Assembly (NCBI GenBank): GCA_029249345.1
Contig: JAQWHM010000011.1
Location: 111,673 to 175,672, forward strand
Direction: 5' to 3'
Source: Rhodothermales bacterium
GTDB lineage: Bacteria > Bacteroidota > Rhodothermia > Rhodothermales > UBA10348
DNA: 64,000 nt
Position 1 is the stretch's first letter; the number at the start of each line of letters is the position of its first letter. The position numbers were made by a program, and so were the translations under genes. A model generated the notes under the pieces. The model did not search any database, was not told where the DNA came from, and saw only the letters and a program-made list of their open reading frames with translations. Positions 48,828 through 59,743 of this stretch are shown in pieces.

Positions 48828-49835
48828 TTAGTTTAAACTCGATTTAACGGAGTACGCGCTGTCCTCCACTCGCTCTGCAATACGAAGACGAGCACTCCGA
48901 CTTCTCGGATTCTGCTCCACTTCGCTTTCGTCTGCAACGATCGCTTTGCGGGTGATTTCTTTCCAGGGAGTAATTCGATTACCAAAAAAGTCTTTCAGGA
49001 TTTCTCCTTTAAGGTTTCCACTTCGCATGAAGTGTTTTGCTCGACGATCTTCCAATGAGTGGTAGCTGATGATCGCCAACCTTCCACCCGTGTGGAGTAA
49101 GTTCGTTGAGCGGAGCAACGTTTCATCTAGCGCATCAAGTTCTCCGTTCACGGCAATCCGCAGTGCCTGAAAAACTCGAGCCAGCGTTTTAGATCGTTGA
49201 TCCCGTTCCGCAGCAGAACGAACCACATCGGCTAGTTGCTCGGTAGACAGAATCGGACGGGCCCGAACAATGGCACGGGCAATCCGCCTCGAACGTCGCT
49301 CTTCTCCGAATTGATAAATGACATTCGCGAGTTGGTCTTCCTCGAGTTGATTAACCAACTCTGCGGCATCGTCATCCTGAGACTGGTCCATTCTCATATC
49401 AAGCGGACCACTCAAACGATGGCTAAATCCTCGATCAGCTTCGTCCAACTGGTGAGAGGAGACACCTAGGTCCAGTAGAATACCGTCAACCTGATTGACT
49501 CCTTTCTCCTCGAGCAAAGATCCCATCTCAGAGAAGTTGCCGCGCAGAATGGTTAATCGACCAGATTCGAGTTCTGCGGTAAGCCGAGTCGATGCCTCTG
49601 CTATCGCATCATCATCTCGGTCAATTGCAAAAACTCGTCCACTAGCCCCAAGCTCATCCAGCATGGCAGCCGTATGGCCACCACCGCCTAATGTCCCATC
49701 GACATAGACTCCGTCGGTCCTCGTAATGAGTCCCTTTAGTACAGCGTTGCAAAGAACAGGCGCGTGATAACCAGAAGCGTAGTTCATTCGCTGCTCTCTG
49801 GATTCTCGCGCATTGAAGTTTCCTTTAGTGTTCAC
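48828..49835 (-). CDS. rsmH: 16S rRNA C1402 N4-methyltransferase
   Basis: HAPVL, DGTLGGGGH, DLGVSSHQLD, FQALRIAVN, SYHSLEDR, NPRSRSA. Confidence 0.98.
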   Translation of the reverse strand: MNTKGNFNARESREQRMNYASGYHAPVLCNAVLKGLITRTDGVYVDGTLGGGGHTAAMLDELGASGRVFAIDRDDDAIAEASTRLTAELESGRLTILRGNFSEMGSLLEEKGVNQVDGILLDLGVSSHQLDEADRGFSHRLSGPLDMRMDQSQDDDAAELVNQLEEDQLANVIYQFGEERRSRRIARAIVRARPILSTEQLADVVRSAAERDQRSKTLARVFQALRIAVNGELDALDETLLRSTNLLHTGGRLAIISYHSLEDRRAKHFMRSGNLKGEILKDFFGNRITPWKEITRKAIVADESEVEQNPRSRSARLRIAERVEDSAYSVKSSLN

Positions 49836-49842
49836 GGCCGAT

Positions 49843-50286
49843 TCAGGACCCCATTACCTTCTGAACGAGGCTTTCCTGATCTTCCGAATTCTCTTGTAAA
49901 TAGGTTGAAAACGCTTCTGGATTCCAGAGCTCAATACGATCCATATTGCCGATGATGAGCGCCTTGTCACCTATTCCGGCATATTCAGAAAGCGATTTCG
50001 GAAGTGAAATTCGGCCCTGTCCGTCGAGACTTACCTCTTCGGCCCACATCAAAATCATTCGAACCAGATGCCTGGCCTCACGATCATTAGTATTCAGACT
50101 CGAATATTCGTCTTCCTTTAATTTCCATTGATCCATCGGATACGCATAGATGCACCTTTCAAACCCTTTCGTAAGCGTAAACGTCCCTTGGGCATCCGGG
50201 CTCAATGCTGCTCGCATTTTTGCCGGAATGGCGGTCCGTCCTTTTGCATCGACGGAGTATTCAGCCTGTCCTTTGAAACGTGCCAT
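49843..50286 (-). CDS. mraZ: Transcriptional regulator MraZ
   Basis: MARFKGQAEYSVDAKGR, LDGQGRI, RIELWNP; start ATG 50286 rather than 50406. Confidence 0.97.
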   Translation of the reverse strand: MARFKGQAEYSVDAKGRTAIPAKMRAALSPDAQGTFTLTKGFERCIYAYPMDQWKLKEDEYSSLNTNDREARHLVRMILMWAEEVSLDGQGRISLPKSLSEYAGIGDKALIIGNMDRIELWNPEAFSTYLQENSEDQESLVQKVMGS

Positions 50287-50390
50287 GTGGGTGAGTTGGT
50301 TTACACCAATGTGTGTCCCTGACGGGAATTTATGTGGGTTTGTAAGACCAGAAATTTGGCTAAAATGGGAAGTCAACAGATGGGCAAACG

Positions 50391-50443
50391 CCCCACTTTT
50401 CCCCACATACCTTGTAATGTACGTTTTTAGGCCCGAAAGTCAA
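50391..50443 (-). promoter_or_regulatory. dcw promoter (TTGACT-N16-TACATT) followed by MraZ boxes (GTGGG at 10-bp spacing)
   Basis: + strand AGTCAA 50438-43 and AATGTA 50416-21; CCCCAC at 50391 and 50401. Confidence 0.65.
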
Positions 50444-50522
50444 CACTACAGCAGGGTCAAAACGTTGATTTTTCAAGCATATAGGCCTAAAACAAACATC
50501 GTGGGGGCCGGTGGGGAGAAAA

Positions 50523-50540
50523 TGTGGAAAGTGTGGATAA
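50523..50540. promoter_or_regulatory. Tandem DnaA boxes upstream of the dcw cluster
   Basis: TGTGGATAA (perfect TTATCCACA) at 50532-40; TGTGGAAAG (1 mismatch to TTWTNCACA) at 50523-31. Confidence 0.55.
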
Positions 50541-50649
50541 CTCCAGCACAGAAATGCCCTCTAATCGTCGCTAAAGACGATCAGTATTTTTCTACTTCTA
50601 GGTAAGGATGCCGGAGGGGGAAATGTGGGGTTCTCCGGTTAAAGGCGCA

Positions 50650-52347
50650 CTACATCTTGGCGGATGCGAGATGTCTTTTCTTATTGCGCTTGGGACCCGT
50701 CGGTTTTTGCATTCGATCGGTATCAGTTGCGTGTTCTACACAGGCCCGAACAAAAGAATTGAAAAGGGGATGTGGGTTTCCAACCGTACTTTTATACTCA
50801 GGATGGAATTGCACACCTACAAACCAGCGTAAATCAGGCAGCTCAACGATCTCTACAAGGTCGCGCTTAGGATTCACACCGGTAAACTGCATACCGTTCT
50901 CAGCCAACTTATAACGCAACACATTATTCAACTCGTAGCGATGGCGATGGCGCTCCTTTACAACCTTTCGGCCGTAGATATCGCCCACTTTTGATCCTTC
51001 AGCAAGCTCACAGGTATAGGCGCCAAGACGCATAGTGCCTCCTTTTTCGGAGATTTTCTTCTGCTCTTCCATCAGATCGATGACAGGAAATTCCGTATCG
51101 GAATCAAATTCGGTTGAATTGGCGGACTTCCAACCGCATACATTGCGGGCATATTCGATAACCGAAGTCTGCATGCCCAGGCAAATACCAAAAAATGGGA
51201 TATCGTTTTCCCGAACGTGGCGAACAGCTTCAATTTTGCCTTCGATTCCACGATCACCGAATCCTGGCGCTACCAAGACTCCCGAGACGTCTTCCAGCAG
51301 TTCTGCTACATTCTCTTTCGTGATATCATCCGATAGAATCTGCCTCAAATCGACTTCAACACCGTTCGCTGCACCAGCCATAATGAAGCTTTCACAAATG
51401 GACTTGTACGCGTCCTGATGTTCTACATACTTGCCGACCAGCGCGATCCGAACCGTCCCCTCGGGCTCTTTGAGTTGTCTCAGAAAACGCACCCAGCCGT
51501 CCATATCTGGGGAATCCAGTACACGGCCTTCAAAGTCTTCCTTCATATGAAGTCGCTCGACTGCAATCGTATCGAGACCCTGTTCCCGCATAAGGAGAGG
51601 CACCTCATAGATGGATTCAGCATCGAGAGAGGCCACTACTGCACGTTGATCTACGTTGCAGAACAGTGCCAGTTTGCGCTTCACATCATCTGAAAGGGGT
51701 CTGTCCATACGGCAAACCAAAATATCTGGCTGGAGACCAAATGAAAGAAGTGTTTTGACCGAATGCTGGGTTGGTTTGGATTTGAGTTCTCCAGCAGCTT
51801 CAAGGAACGGGACCAATGTGAGGTGGATGTTCAACGTATTGCGGTATCCCAATTCATACCTCAGCTGACGAATTGCCTCGAGATAGGGCTGACCTTCAAT
51901 ATCTCCAACTGTACCACCGATTTCGGTCAGAACCACATCGTAATCGCCCGTTTCTCCGAGTTTTTGCATCCAGTGTTTAATTTCATCAATAATGTGGGGC
52001 ACCACCTGAACAGTTCGGCCTAGATAGGCTCCTGAACGTTCCTTATTGATGACCTCCAGGTACACTCGACCTGTGGTTACATTATTTGCCTGACTCGTTG
52101 GGACTCCGAGAAATCGCTCGTAGTGTCCAAGGTCGAGATCTGTTTCTGCACCGTCGTCCGTGACATAGACTTCGCCATGTTCGTACGGGTTCATAGTGCC
52201 AGGATCTACGTTGATGTAGGGATCGAACTTCTGAATAGTCACGCGAAGACCGCGATTTTCAAGAAGACGGCCCAAAGAGGCACAAATAATTCCTTTTCCC
52301 AGTGACGAGGTAACGCCTCCGGTCACAAAAACATACTTGGTTTGCAC
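50650..52347 (-). CDS. pyrG: CTP synthase
   Basis: [48 protein letters not shown]; GTG start 52347. Confidence 0.99.
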   Translation of the reverse strand: MQTKYVFVTGGVTSSLGKGIICASLGRLLENRGLRVTIQKFDPYINVDPGTMNPYEHGEVYVTDDGAETDLDLGHYERFLGVPTSQANNVTTGRVYLEVINKERSGAYLGRTVQVVPHIIDEIKHWMQKLGETGDYDVVLTEIGGTVGDIEGQPYLEAIRQLRYELGYRNTLNIHLTLVPFLEAAGELKSKPTQHSVKTLLSFGLQPDILVCRMDRPLSDDVKRKLALFCNVDQRAVVASLDAESIYEVPLLMREQGLDTIAVERLHMKEDFEGRVLDSPDMDGWVRFLRQLKEPEGTVRIALVGKYVEHQDAYKSICESFIMAGAANGVEVDLRQILSDDITKENVAELLEDVSGVLVAPGFGDRGIEGKIEAVRHVRENDIPFFGICLGMQTSVIEYARNVCGWKSANSTEFDSDTEFPVIDLMEEQKKISEKGGTMRLGAYTCELAEGSKVGDIYGRKVVKERHRHRYELNNVLRYKLAENGMQFTGVNPKRDLVEIVELPDLRWFVGVQFHPEYKSTVGNPHPLFNSFVRACVEHATDTDRMQKPTGPKRNKKRHLASAKM

Positions 52348-52469
52348 AAATCCAGCGTGTTGGTGGTAGAAGGCCGGGGAGTACCTGCGAGGACCGGCCA
52401 AAGCCCTTCAGGTCGGGCACGCCTTTCGGTCCAGTGTTTAGCTAGAGGTGCCCGCCCAAAATACAAACA

Positions 52470-53288
52470 TCAAGGGCGTCGCGCTACCACAATAAGCCCT
52501 GTTCCGGTTTCATTTGTTGAAGAAACGTCGAGAGTATTGAGAATCAGACTGAATGGAAAAGTCAGCAGATAATAAAAGGGGAGTAGAAGCACCAAGAAAA
52601 AAGAAGTGTTTAACATCAGCATCGGCCACTTAATCGACATTTTCCAGGCCAGACTTCCTCGCGCACCGTAGGCATACTCTATTTGCTCAGCAACCAAACC
52701 GGCACGCTTCAATTTTTCCCGGATTTCCTCTACCCCGTACCCATCCCGAACGTGCTCTCCAATAAAGCTTTCCTCCGAGCTGGAGCCCACATCCGACCCT
52801 CCTTGATCTGAGGGCGTATTTATAATCACATATCCGCCGGGTCGGAGAACTCGGTGAAAATGCTCAAACACCGTCACATCCTCTTCGATATGCTCCATCA
52901 CATCCACCGACAAAATCAAATCGTAGGGGCCATTAGCCTGCAGACGCGTCAAGTCATCGATGGCAAAAGTAGCTCGAGAATCAAGGCCAGCCTGTTCAAA
53001 AAAGGTCTTTGCTCTGTCTAGGTATTCCTGCTTGATGTCTACTGCATGGATGCGGACATTCGGAAATCTTTTGGACACCCAGTAAGCAAACTGGCCAAAC
53101 CCCGTTCCTGCATCTAACATTCGAACAGGGCCACTAGAGGATTTTAACACGTCCTTCAGTGCACGCCGGACATACCATGCGCGCAGAAAAAAGAGGTGTA
53201 AAAGGGCAAAAAAGATACGCGTGGGCCAATATCGTCCCGCGACTAACCCTCCAAACCGATCTTTTACTGGATCATACTCCATGGCCAA
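52470..53288 (-). CDS. Class I SAM-dependent methyltransferase with hydrophobic C-terminal segment
   Basis: MLDAGTGFG, YDLILSVDVMEHI, VLRPGG, HVRDGY. Confidence 0.9.
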   Translation of the reverse strand: MAMEYDPVKDRFGGLVAGRYWPTRIFFALLHLFFLRAWYVRRALKDVLKSSSGPVRMLDAGTGFGQFAYWVSKRFPNVRIHAVDIKQEYLDRAKTFFEQAGLDSRATFAIDDLTRLQANGPYDLILSVDVMEHIEEDVTVFEHFHRVLRPGGYVIINTPSDQGGSDVGSSSEESFIGEHVRDGYGVEEIREKLKRAGLVAEQIEYAYGARGSLAWKMSIKWPMLMLNTSFFLVLLLPFYYLLTFPFSLILNTLDVSSTNETGTGLIVVARRP

Positions 53289-54425
53289 CTACCTGCTCTC
53301 AGAATTATGGTCTCCTTGCTCGGGTAGCAGGAGGCCGTCCGTAAACGTTTTCCACGTGAAGCGTTCCCGCGCCCGCTTTGCGCCCTCGGAAAGGCGCACT
53401 TTTAAATCAGGATCGAAAAATCGGTCTATAGCCATCGCAAGTGCACGCTCATCCGAGGGCGCAACGACCAAGGCGTCTTCTTCATGCTGAACCATTTCTG
53501 GCAATCCACCCACACCGGTTACAATGACCGGTCGGCCAAAATGGAAGGCCGTTTGCACGACTCCACTTTGCGTTGCGGCCCGATAGGGCTGAACAACGAG
53601 ATCTGCCGCACTGAAGTAGTCAGCTACATCCTTATCAGCAATATACTTGTCGTGAATAATGGCGCCTGGTGCGTTTTTAATCAGGGTCTCGCGTAGAGCA
53701 TCGTCTTTTTCATACCACTCTCCAGCAACAATTAATCGATATGTACCTGAAGAGTGCCCCAATGCTTTCGCCAAAATGTCGAGCCCTTTGTACCTCCGTA
53801 CAAGTCCAAAAAACAACAACACCGTTTCATCAGGACCAATATTGAAGCGATTTCTTGCGACAGCTTGGTCTTCAATATCTCCAAACTGATCATATGTCGG
53901 GTGCGGTAACACGCGCACCGGACGATCAGGAATGAGGACACTAATATCTCGCTCTACGGCTTTTGAGAGCGCAATCAAACGGTTGCACTTAGATAAGAAC
54001 CACTTAGAGAGGGCGTGAGAAAATGGCTGATTCTCGTGGGGTATAGCGTTATGAACGATGACCGTTACCTGAATTCCCTTACTCCGCAATACGCTAGCCA
54101 TACGTCCAAACGCGGGAGCGAAGAAGGGCATCCAATACATAAAAACGACCTCTTCGACACCACGTTCAATTAAATGCCGCGCCGCCGAAGTCCAGGACAG
54201 TGGGTTGATCGTATCAACCAGACAAACGGCATCGAGGTTGGGGCCGACGATATTCGTTTTTTGACTTTTCCCGGGAAAGAGGAACGCCGGGTATTGTCTT
54301 TTGAAGGAGACGCCCGACACCGCATGACCCTCCTTTTCTAATTGGGTATGGAGTTGCTCCGTAAAATGAGCTATTCCACCCCGAAACGGTGGATATGGCC
54401 CCACCAAGCCTATGCTTCGTCGCAT
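53289..54425 (-). CDS. Glycosyltransferase family 4
   Basis: PPFRGGIAHF, LLFFGLVRRYKGLD, QPYRAATQSGV, VGGLPE; start ATG 54425. Confidence 0.92.
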   Translation of the reverse strand: MRRSIGLVGPYPPFRGGIAHFTEQLHTQLEKEGHAVSGVSFKRQYPAFLFPGKSQKTNIVGPNLDAVCLVDTINPLSWTSAARHLIERGVEEVVFMYWMPFFAPAFGRMASVLRSKGIQVTVIVHNAIPHENQPFSHALSKWFLSKCNRLIALSKAVERDISVLIPDRPVRVLPHPTYDQFGDIEDQAVARNRFNIGPDETVLLFFGLVRRYKGLDILAKALGHSSGTYRLIVAGEWYEKDDALRETLIKNAPGAIIHDKYIADKDVADYFSAADLVVQPYRAATQSGVVQTAFHFGRPVIVTGVGGLPEMVQHEEDALVVAPSDERALAMAIDRFFDPDLKVRLSEGAKRARERFTWKTFTDGLLLPEQGDHNSESR

Positions 54426-54426
54426 G

Positions 54427-55410
54427 TTAGCTTTCGAGAGACTCCCGACCATCGGGTGCCAACTCACCTGCAATTTGGATAGCATCCAATCGCTCCATGC
54501 GAGGTAGGACGATCATTTGCCCGATCAAACCAACACTAAACATCTGGATACCAACAAGAATCAACATGACACCCAACAAGAGAAGGGGACGGTCTCCAAT
54601 AGGGTTTCCATGGATCATCTTGTCATAAGAAATCCAAAGACTGATAAGGATCCCACCGATAAAGGCTAGTGTACCTAAAGACCCAAAAAAGTGCATGGGT
54701 CGTGAGGCAAAGCGGGTCATAAACGAAACAGTCAGCAGGTCCAGAAATCCACGCAAGTATCGTTCGAGCCCAAATTTGGTCCGGCCATGTTTACGAGAAT
54801 GATGCTCAACCACCTTCTCGGTAATACGTGTGTATCCTTGCCAAGCAGCAAGCAAAGGAATGTAGCGATGGAGCTCTCCGTGCAATCGGACACTCTTTAC
54901 CACTTCGCGCCGATACGCCTTTAATCCGCAATTGAAATCATGTAGTGGGATACCAGTAATGCGGCGAGTCACAAAATTAAAAAACAGACTCGGCACCGTT
55001 TTCGTGAACGGATCATGTCGCTTCTTCTTCCATCCACTTACCAGATCGTATCCCGTTTCCAGCAACGCGATCAGTCCCGGAATTTCCGCGGGGTCGTCTT
55101 GAAGATCCCCGTCCATAGTTACTACATATTTCCCATCGGCACGCTCAAATCCTAGAGCCAAAGCAGCCGATTTTCCATAGTTACGTCTCAGCTTCAACCC
55201 CGCAAATCGGGCATCCCGCTCATGCATGGTTTCGATAACATCCCAGCTGTCATCGTTTGAACCATCATCGACAAACCAAACGTTGAATGAGAATCCTGCG
55301 CCATCGCACACACTGCGAATGCGGTCGACCAATTCGGGGATCGACTCATCTTCATCCAACACCGGGATGATGATCGTCAGATCCGGATCCTTTCGTTCAG
55401 AAATAGGCAT
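54427..55410 (-). CDS. Glycosyltransferase family 2 (polyprenyl-phosphate/ArnC-like)
   Basis: FVDDGSND, RRNYGKSAAL, MDGDLQDDP, HDFNCGLKAY; two C-terminal TM. Confidence 0.93.
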   Translation of the reverse strand: MPISERKDPDLTIIIPVLDEDESIPELVDRIRSVCDGAGFSFNVWFVDDGSNDDSWDVIETMHERDARFAGLKLRRNYGKSAALALGFERADGKYVVTMDGDLQDDPAEIPGLIALLETGYDLVSGWKKKRHDPFTKTVPSLFFNFVTRRITGIPLHDFNCGLKAYRREVVKSVRLHGELHRYIPLLAAWQGYTRITEKVVEHHSRKHGRTKFGLERYLRGFLDLLTVSFMTRFASRPMHFFGSLGTLAFIGGILISLWISYDKMIHGNPIGDRPLLLLGVMLILVGIQMFSVGLIGQMIVLPRMERLDAIQIAGELAPDGRESLES

Positions 55411-55419
55411 TTCGATCGC

Positions 55420-57357
55420 TTACACGTCGATGGTTGCGTACTTAGCGTTTCGTTCAATGAACTTGCGCCTCGGCTCGACGGCATCGCCCATTAGTGTACT
55501 GAAAATTCGATCAGCTGCAGCGGCATCGTCTACCGTAATTTGCTGCAACATACGTCGCTCAGGATCCATAGTTGTATCCCACAACTGATCTGGGTTCATC
55601 TCACCCAGCCCTTTGTAGCGCTGAACACCTACTTTATTTCCAGCCTCACCAGCAAGACGGGCGACCACTTCTTTGAGTTGTTCATCCGTCCAACAATATT
55701 CTTCCTGCTTGCCCCTTTTAGCTTTATAGAGGGGTGGTTGAGCCACATAGATATATCCACCCTCTACGAGCGAAAACATGTGCCGATAGAGGAAGGTGAG
55801 TAACAGCGTCCGGATATGCGCGCCATCCACATCAGCATCCGTCATGACGATGATTTTGTGATAGCGTAGCTTTTCCGGTTCAAAGTCCTGTTCTCCAACT
55901 CCTAGTCCAGTGCCCAGCGCCGTAACGATATTTTTGATCTCTTCGTTGGCCAAAATTTTGTCGAGACGGGCTTTTTCAACGTTCAGAATCTTACCACGCA
56001 GTGGAAGAATAGCTTGAAAGTGCCTATCGCGGGCCTGTTTAGCACTACCACCGGCAGAATCACCCTCTACAAAGTAGATTTCGCAGTCGGCTGGTATTTT
56101 CGAAGAGCAATCGGCCAGCTTTCCAGGAAGCCCACCTCCAGAAAACACATTTTTACGCTGAACCAGCTCACGAGCTTTTCGAGCGGCAGCACGCGCTTGT
56201 GCAGCAAGGATAACCTTGTCTACAATCCGCTTGGATTCTTTCGGGTGGTCTTCAAGCCAAATACCCAGTTTTTCAGATACCAGCGACTCAACCGCCCCTT
56301 GCACCTCTGAGTTACCCAGCTTGGTTTTGGTCTGCCCTTCAAACTGAGGTTCTGCTACCTTAATCGAAAGCACTACCGTCACGCCTTCTCGAAAGTCATC
56401 GCCTGAGAGTTCGACTTTCGCATTCTTCAGCAAATTACTGCGGTCTGCGTAACCCTTTAGCGTACGAGTTAGCGCCCGCCGAAAACCGGATATATGGGTA
56501 CCACCTTCGTGCGTGTTAATGTTGTTCACGAACGAGAGTACGTTTTCCGTATACCCATTATTGTAGCGCATAGCTAGCTCAACAGGTACATCTGCCGATT
56601 CATCCGAGATATAAATCGTCTCATCATGAATCGGTGTCCGAGCCTCGTCGAGATAGTCCACGAATTCTATAATACCACCCTCAAAGTGGTAATCATCCTT
56701 GAGATCCTCTTCTCGCAGGTCTTCAATAGAAATGTAAACCTGTTTATTCAGGTAGGCCATCTCACGCAGCCGATCGGCTAGCGTGTCGTAGCGAAATTCA
56801 ACAGTCTGAAAAATGTCACTATCTGGCCAAAAGTGCACGAGCGTGCCATTCGACTCATCAGGCTCCATATCCCGAATTTTCTTGACCGGTCCTTTTGGTT
56901 CTCCAATAGCAAACGTTTGCTCCCAAACCGCACCATCGCGCCACACCGTAGCGACTAATTTGTGAGACAACGCATTTACACACGATACACCGACCCCGTG
57001 TAATCCACCGGATACTTTGTAGGTGTCTTTGTCAAACTTACCTCCGGCGTGGAGTGTGGTCATGACCACCTCTAGCGCCGAACGCTTCTCGACAGGATGC
57101 ATGTCGACTGGAATTCCACGACCGTTGTCCTTTACTGATACGGATCCGTCTTCGTGGATCTTAATCGACATCGTATCACAGTGTCCGGCAAGGGCTTCGT
57201 CAATTGAGTTATCAACGACTTCGTAGACCAGGTGGTGCAATCCACGGATACCCACATCCCCGATATACATCGCGGGGCGTTTACGAACGGCTTCAAGACC
57301 TTCGAGGACTTGAATATTGGAAGCACCATATTGCTTCTTTGGGTCCTTTTCTTCCAT
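55420..57357 (-). CDS. gyrB: DNA gyrase subunit B
   Basis: VRKRPAMYIG, EVVDNSIDE, EGDSAGG, PLRGK, MTDADVDG, QRYKGLGEM, PRRKFIE. Confidence 0.97.
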   Translation of the reverse strand: MEEKDPKKQYGASNIQVLEGLEAVRKRPAMYIGDVGIRGLHHLVYEVVDNSIDEALAGHCDTMSIKIHEDGSVSVKDNGRGIPVDMHPVEKRSALEVVMTTLHAGGKFDKDTYKVSGGLHGVGVSCVNALSHKLVATVWRDGAVWEQTFAIGEPKGPVKKIRDMEPDESNGTLVHFWPDSDIFQTVEFRYDTLADRLREMAYLNKQVYISIEDLREEDLKDDYHFEGGIIEFVDYLDEARTPIHDETIYISDESADVPVELAMRYNNGYTENVLSFVNNINTHEGGTHISGFRRALTRTLKGYADRSNLLKNAKVELSGDDFREGVTVVLSIKVAEPQFEGQTKTKLGNSEVQGAVESLVSEKLGIWLEDHPKESKRIVDKVILAAQARAAARKARELVQRKNVFSGGGLPGKLADCSSKIPADCEIYFVEGDSAGGSAKQARDRHFQAILPLRGKILNVEKARLDKILANEEIKNIVTALGTGLGVGEQDFEPEKLRYHKIIVMTDADVDGAHIRTLLLTFLYRHMFSLVEGGYIYVAQPPLYKAKRGKQEEYCWTDEQLKEVVARLAGEAGNKVGVQRYKGLGEMNPDQLWDTTMDPERRMLQQITVDDAAAADRIFSTLMGDAVEPRRKFIERNAKYATIDV

Positions 57358-57463
57358 AAAACGAGTTGAGTCCGACGAGAAAAATGATGGGCTGGGCAGC
57401 GCGGAAAATACGATTTTTTTCGCTGATTTGGGCTATCCCGAACGCAATTTATTGGAATCCAGC

Positions 57464-58144
57464 CTAGACTTCCAGATACCGCATGAATTCCTGGACACGG
57501 TCCAAAAGATCTTCAGGGTCTTCGTCCTCGCCAAATGCGGCCACAACTTTATATCCGTTGTGGTCAAGCAAGTGCTTGATTCGACTCACTTCCCGGACAT
57601 TAACTTTGATGGTGACACCAATAGTGCCTTCCGCATCATTATGAGCCTCAGTCGAAAGCGAGAGCACGCGTACATCATTCTGTTCGAAGAGATGGATAAT
57701 GCGGCTTAGAGCGGCGTCACGCTCCGCTATTTCAAGAGAAATAATAGCTCCACTTTCCTGGGTTGCTAGCATGCGTGCAAACCGATCGAACAGATCGTGA
57801 CGCCGCACCAAACCCAAATATCGTCCTGACTCAGAAACGACGGCAAGTGTAGTGAGATTATGGTCCATCAACACTTTGGTCGCTTCGAACACGTGAGCAT
57901 GCTCCGAAATGCTTACCGGTTCTACCCCAATGAGTGTACCGACCAATACATCCGGGTTATCTGCATCCAATAGCTGTCCTTCTGACAAAACACCTAACAA
58001 CTCCATTTCACTGGACACCACCGGTAAATGACGAACCCGGATTTCCATGAGAAGTCCGAGAGCATACTCAACCGTGTCTTCTGGTCGAAGAGGTGGTGTA
58101 GAATGACTTAGGAGTGATTTTACTGTCATATTGTCTGGTTGCAA
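57464..58144 (-). CDS. CBS-pair protein with C-terminal ACT-like domain (AcuB-like)
   Basis: RHLPVV, YLGLV; GAIISLE...LSRIIHLFEQND. Confidence 0.85.
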   Translation of the reverse strand: MQPDNMTVKSLLSHSTPPLRPEDTVEYALGLLMEIRVRHLPVVSSEMELLGVLSEGQLLDADNPDVLVGTLIGVEPVSISEHAHVFEATKVLMDHNLTTLAVVSESGRYLGLVRRHDLFDRFARMLATQESGAIISLEIAERDAALSRIIHLFEQNDVRVLSLSTEAHNDAEGTIGVTIKVNVREVSRIKHLLDHNGYKVVAAFGEDEDPEDLLDRVQEFMRYLEV

Positions 58145-58324
58145 GCTGTTTGCAGCGGGCTACTATCTGAAATATGATGCAGCAATCTGCGTGCCGTTTC
58201 TATCGTATTCACCGAATTAGTGTCAATTCACGTAGAATGTGCTCTCAATTAGCAACGAGAAACGCTTCACGTATCAGATTTACGGCAAAAGATGCCTATA
58301 TACAAGACACTTTTCAGTCCCAAA

Positions 58325-59743
58325 TCAAACCTCTTCAACAACCTTTAGATCACGGTGTCGAGCTATCAAGGGCTCAATATCCTCCGTGAACTTAGGCGCG
58401 GCACGAAACTGGAGACGCACAACGGCATGTGTTTCATCATCGTACGGTACCCGGGCATACATATATTCCTCGGAGACCACTTCCGCCACTTTTCGAATAT
58501 AGGCGATTGCTTTCTGATCCGTCACGGGCATAATGACGTCGTATTGCGCGAAATCTGACTCCATAACGTCTAGAACCCGCGTCTTCAGATCGGCTAAGCC
58601 AATTCCCCGAAGCGCCGAGACAAATGCCGCTTCCGGATATTCATCCTTAAGCGCTGCCAAGATTTGAGGGTCTCCTATCGCATCGATTTTGTTGAATACA
58701 AGCAACGTAGGTTTGTCCAACGCACTCAACTCTTTGAGCATTTCGTTCACGACGCGCATCTGCTCCTGAAATCGACGATGAGATCCATCGAGCACGTGCA
58801 ACAACACGTCTGCTTCACGCACTTCATCAAGGGTGCTTTTAAAACTCTCAATGAGCCGATGGGGTAGCTTGCGAATGAAGCCCACCGTATCGGAGAGCAA
58901 GACTTGCTTGTTCTGCGCAATAAACACTGTTCGCGTGGTCGCATCCAATGTGGCAAAAAGCTTGTCTTCAGCCAACACGTTAGTATCAGCTAGTGCATTC
59001 ATCAGCGTAGACTTACCAGCATTCGTATATCCTACGAAGGATACCCGGGTAAAATCGGATCTCCCTTTTCTCTGGGTCGTCCGTTGCTGATCAATTTTAA
59101 CCAGTCGATCCTTCAGGGTTGAAATACGCATGCCGATCATTCGACGATCCGTTTCAATCTGCGTCTCCCCTGGTCCACGCATTCCAATTCCACCCTTCTG
59201 CCGAGAAAGATGGGTCCACGCGCGAGTCAGTCGCGTTCTGATATACTCCAACTGCGCGAGTTCAACCTGCGTTTTAGCTGTTGCAGAGCGCGCGTGTCGT
59301 GCAAAAATATCTAGAATCAGAGCAGATCGATCTAAAAGCTTAACCTCTAATTCGCGCTCTAAATTTCTCAGCTGAATCGGGCTTAAATCATCATCAAAGA
59401 CAAGGAGATCCGCCTCCGTCTCGTCAATGATCTCTTTCAACTCCTGAACCTTTCCCTTCCCGATATAGGTCGCAGCGCTCACCTTCTGCATGGAGGGTAC
59501 CATTTCTTCGATGACGTTAGCACCGGCCGTATCAGCAAGCAATGCCAATTCACGGATCGAATCGTCTACATCTAATCTAGATTCTCCAGATCGAACGACG
59601 CCCACCAAAATGGCCTTTTCTCGTTCAGTACTCCGGGTTTCATAAACTTTTGTGCCTTTCTTCGTAGCGGTGGCAACCGGCTTATCAGTTTTCAAGCGCT
59701 TTACGACTCGATATACGTTGAACGGGATGGTCGATCTGAACAT
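58325..59743 (-). CDS. hflX: Ribosome rescue GTPase HflX (true start probably near 59695)
   Basis: [43 protein letters not shown]. Confidence 0.97.
   Translation of the reverse strand: MFRSTIPFNVYRVVKRLKTDKPVATATKKGTKVYETRSTEREKAILVGVVRSGESRLDVDDSIRELALLADTAGANVIEEMVPSMQKVSAATYIGKGKVQELKEIIDETEADLLVFDDDLSPIQLRNLERELEVKLLDRSALILDIFARHARSATAKTQVELAQLEYIRTRLTRAWTHLSRQKGGIGMRGPGETQIETDRRMIGMRISTLKDRLVKIDQQRTTQRKGRSDFTRVSFVGYTNAGKSTLMNALADTNVLAEDKLFATLDATTRTVFIAQNKQVLLSDTVGFIRKLPHRLIESFKSTLDEVREADVLLHVLDGSHRRFQEQMRVVNEMLKELSALDKPTLLVFNKIDAIGDPQILAALKDEYPEAAFVSALRGIGLADLKTRVLDVMESDFAQYDVIMPVTDQKAIAYIRKVAEVVSEEYMYARVPYDDETHAVVRLQFRAAPKFTEDIEPLIARHRDLKVVEEV

Noticed and set aside
50290-50640. oriC between pyrG and mraZ
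   Set aside because: Only about two DnaA boxes and no clear AT-rich unwinding element; promoter regulation is the simpler explanation.
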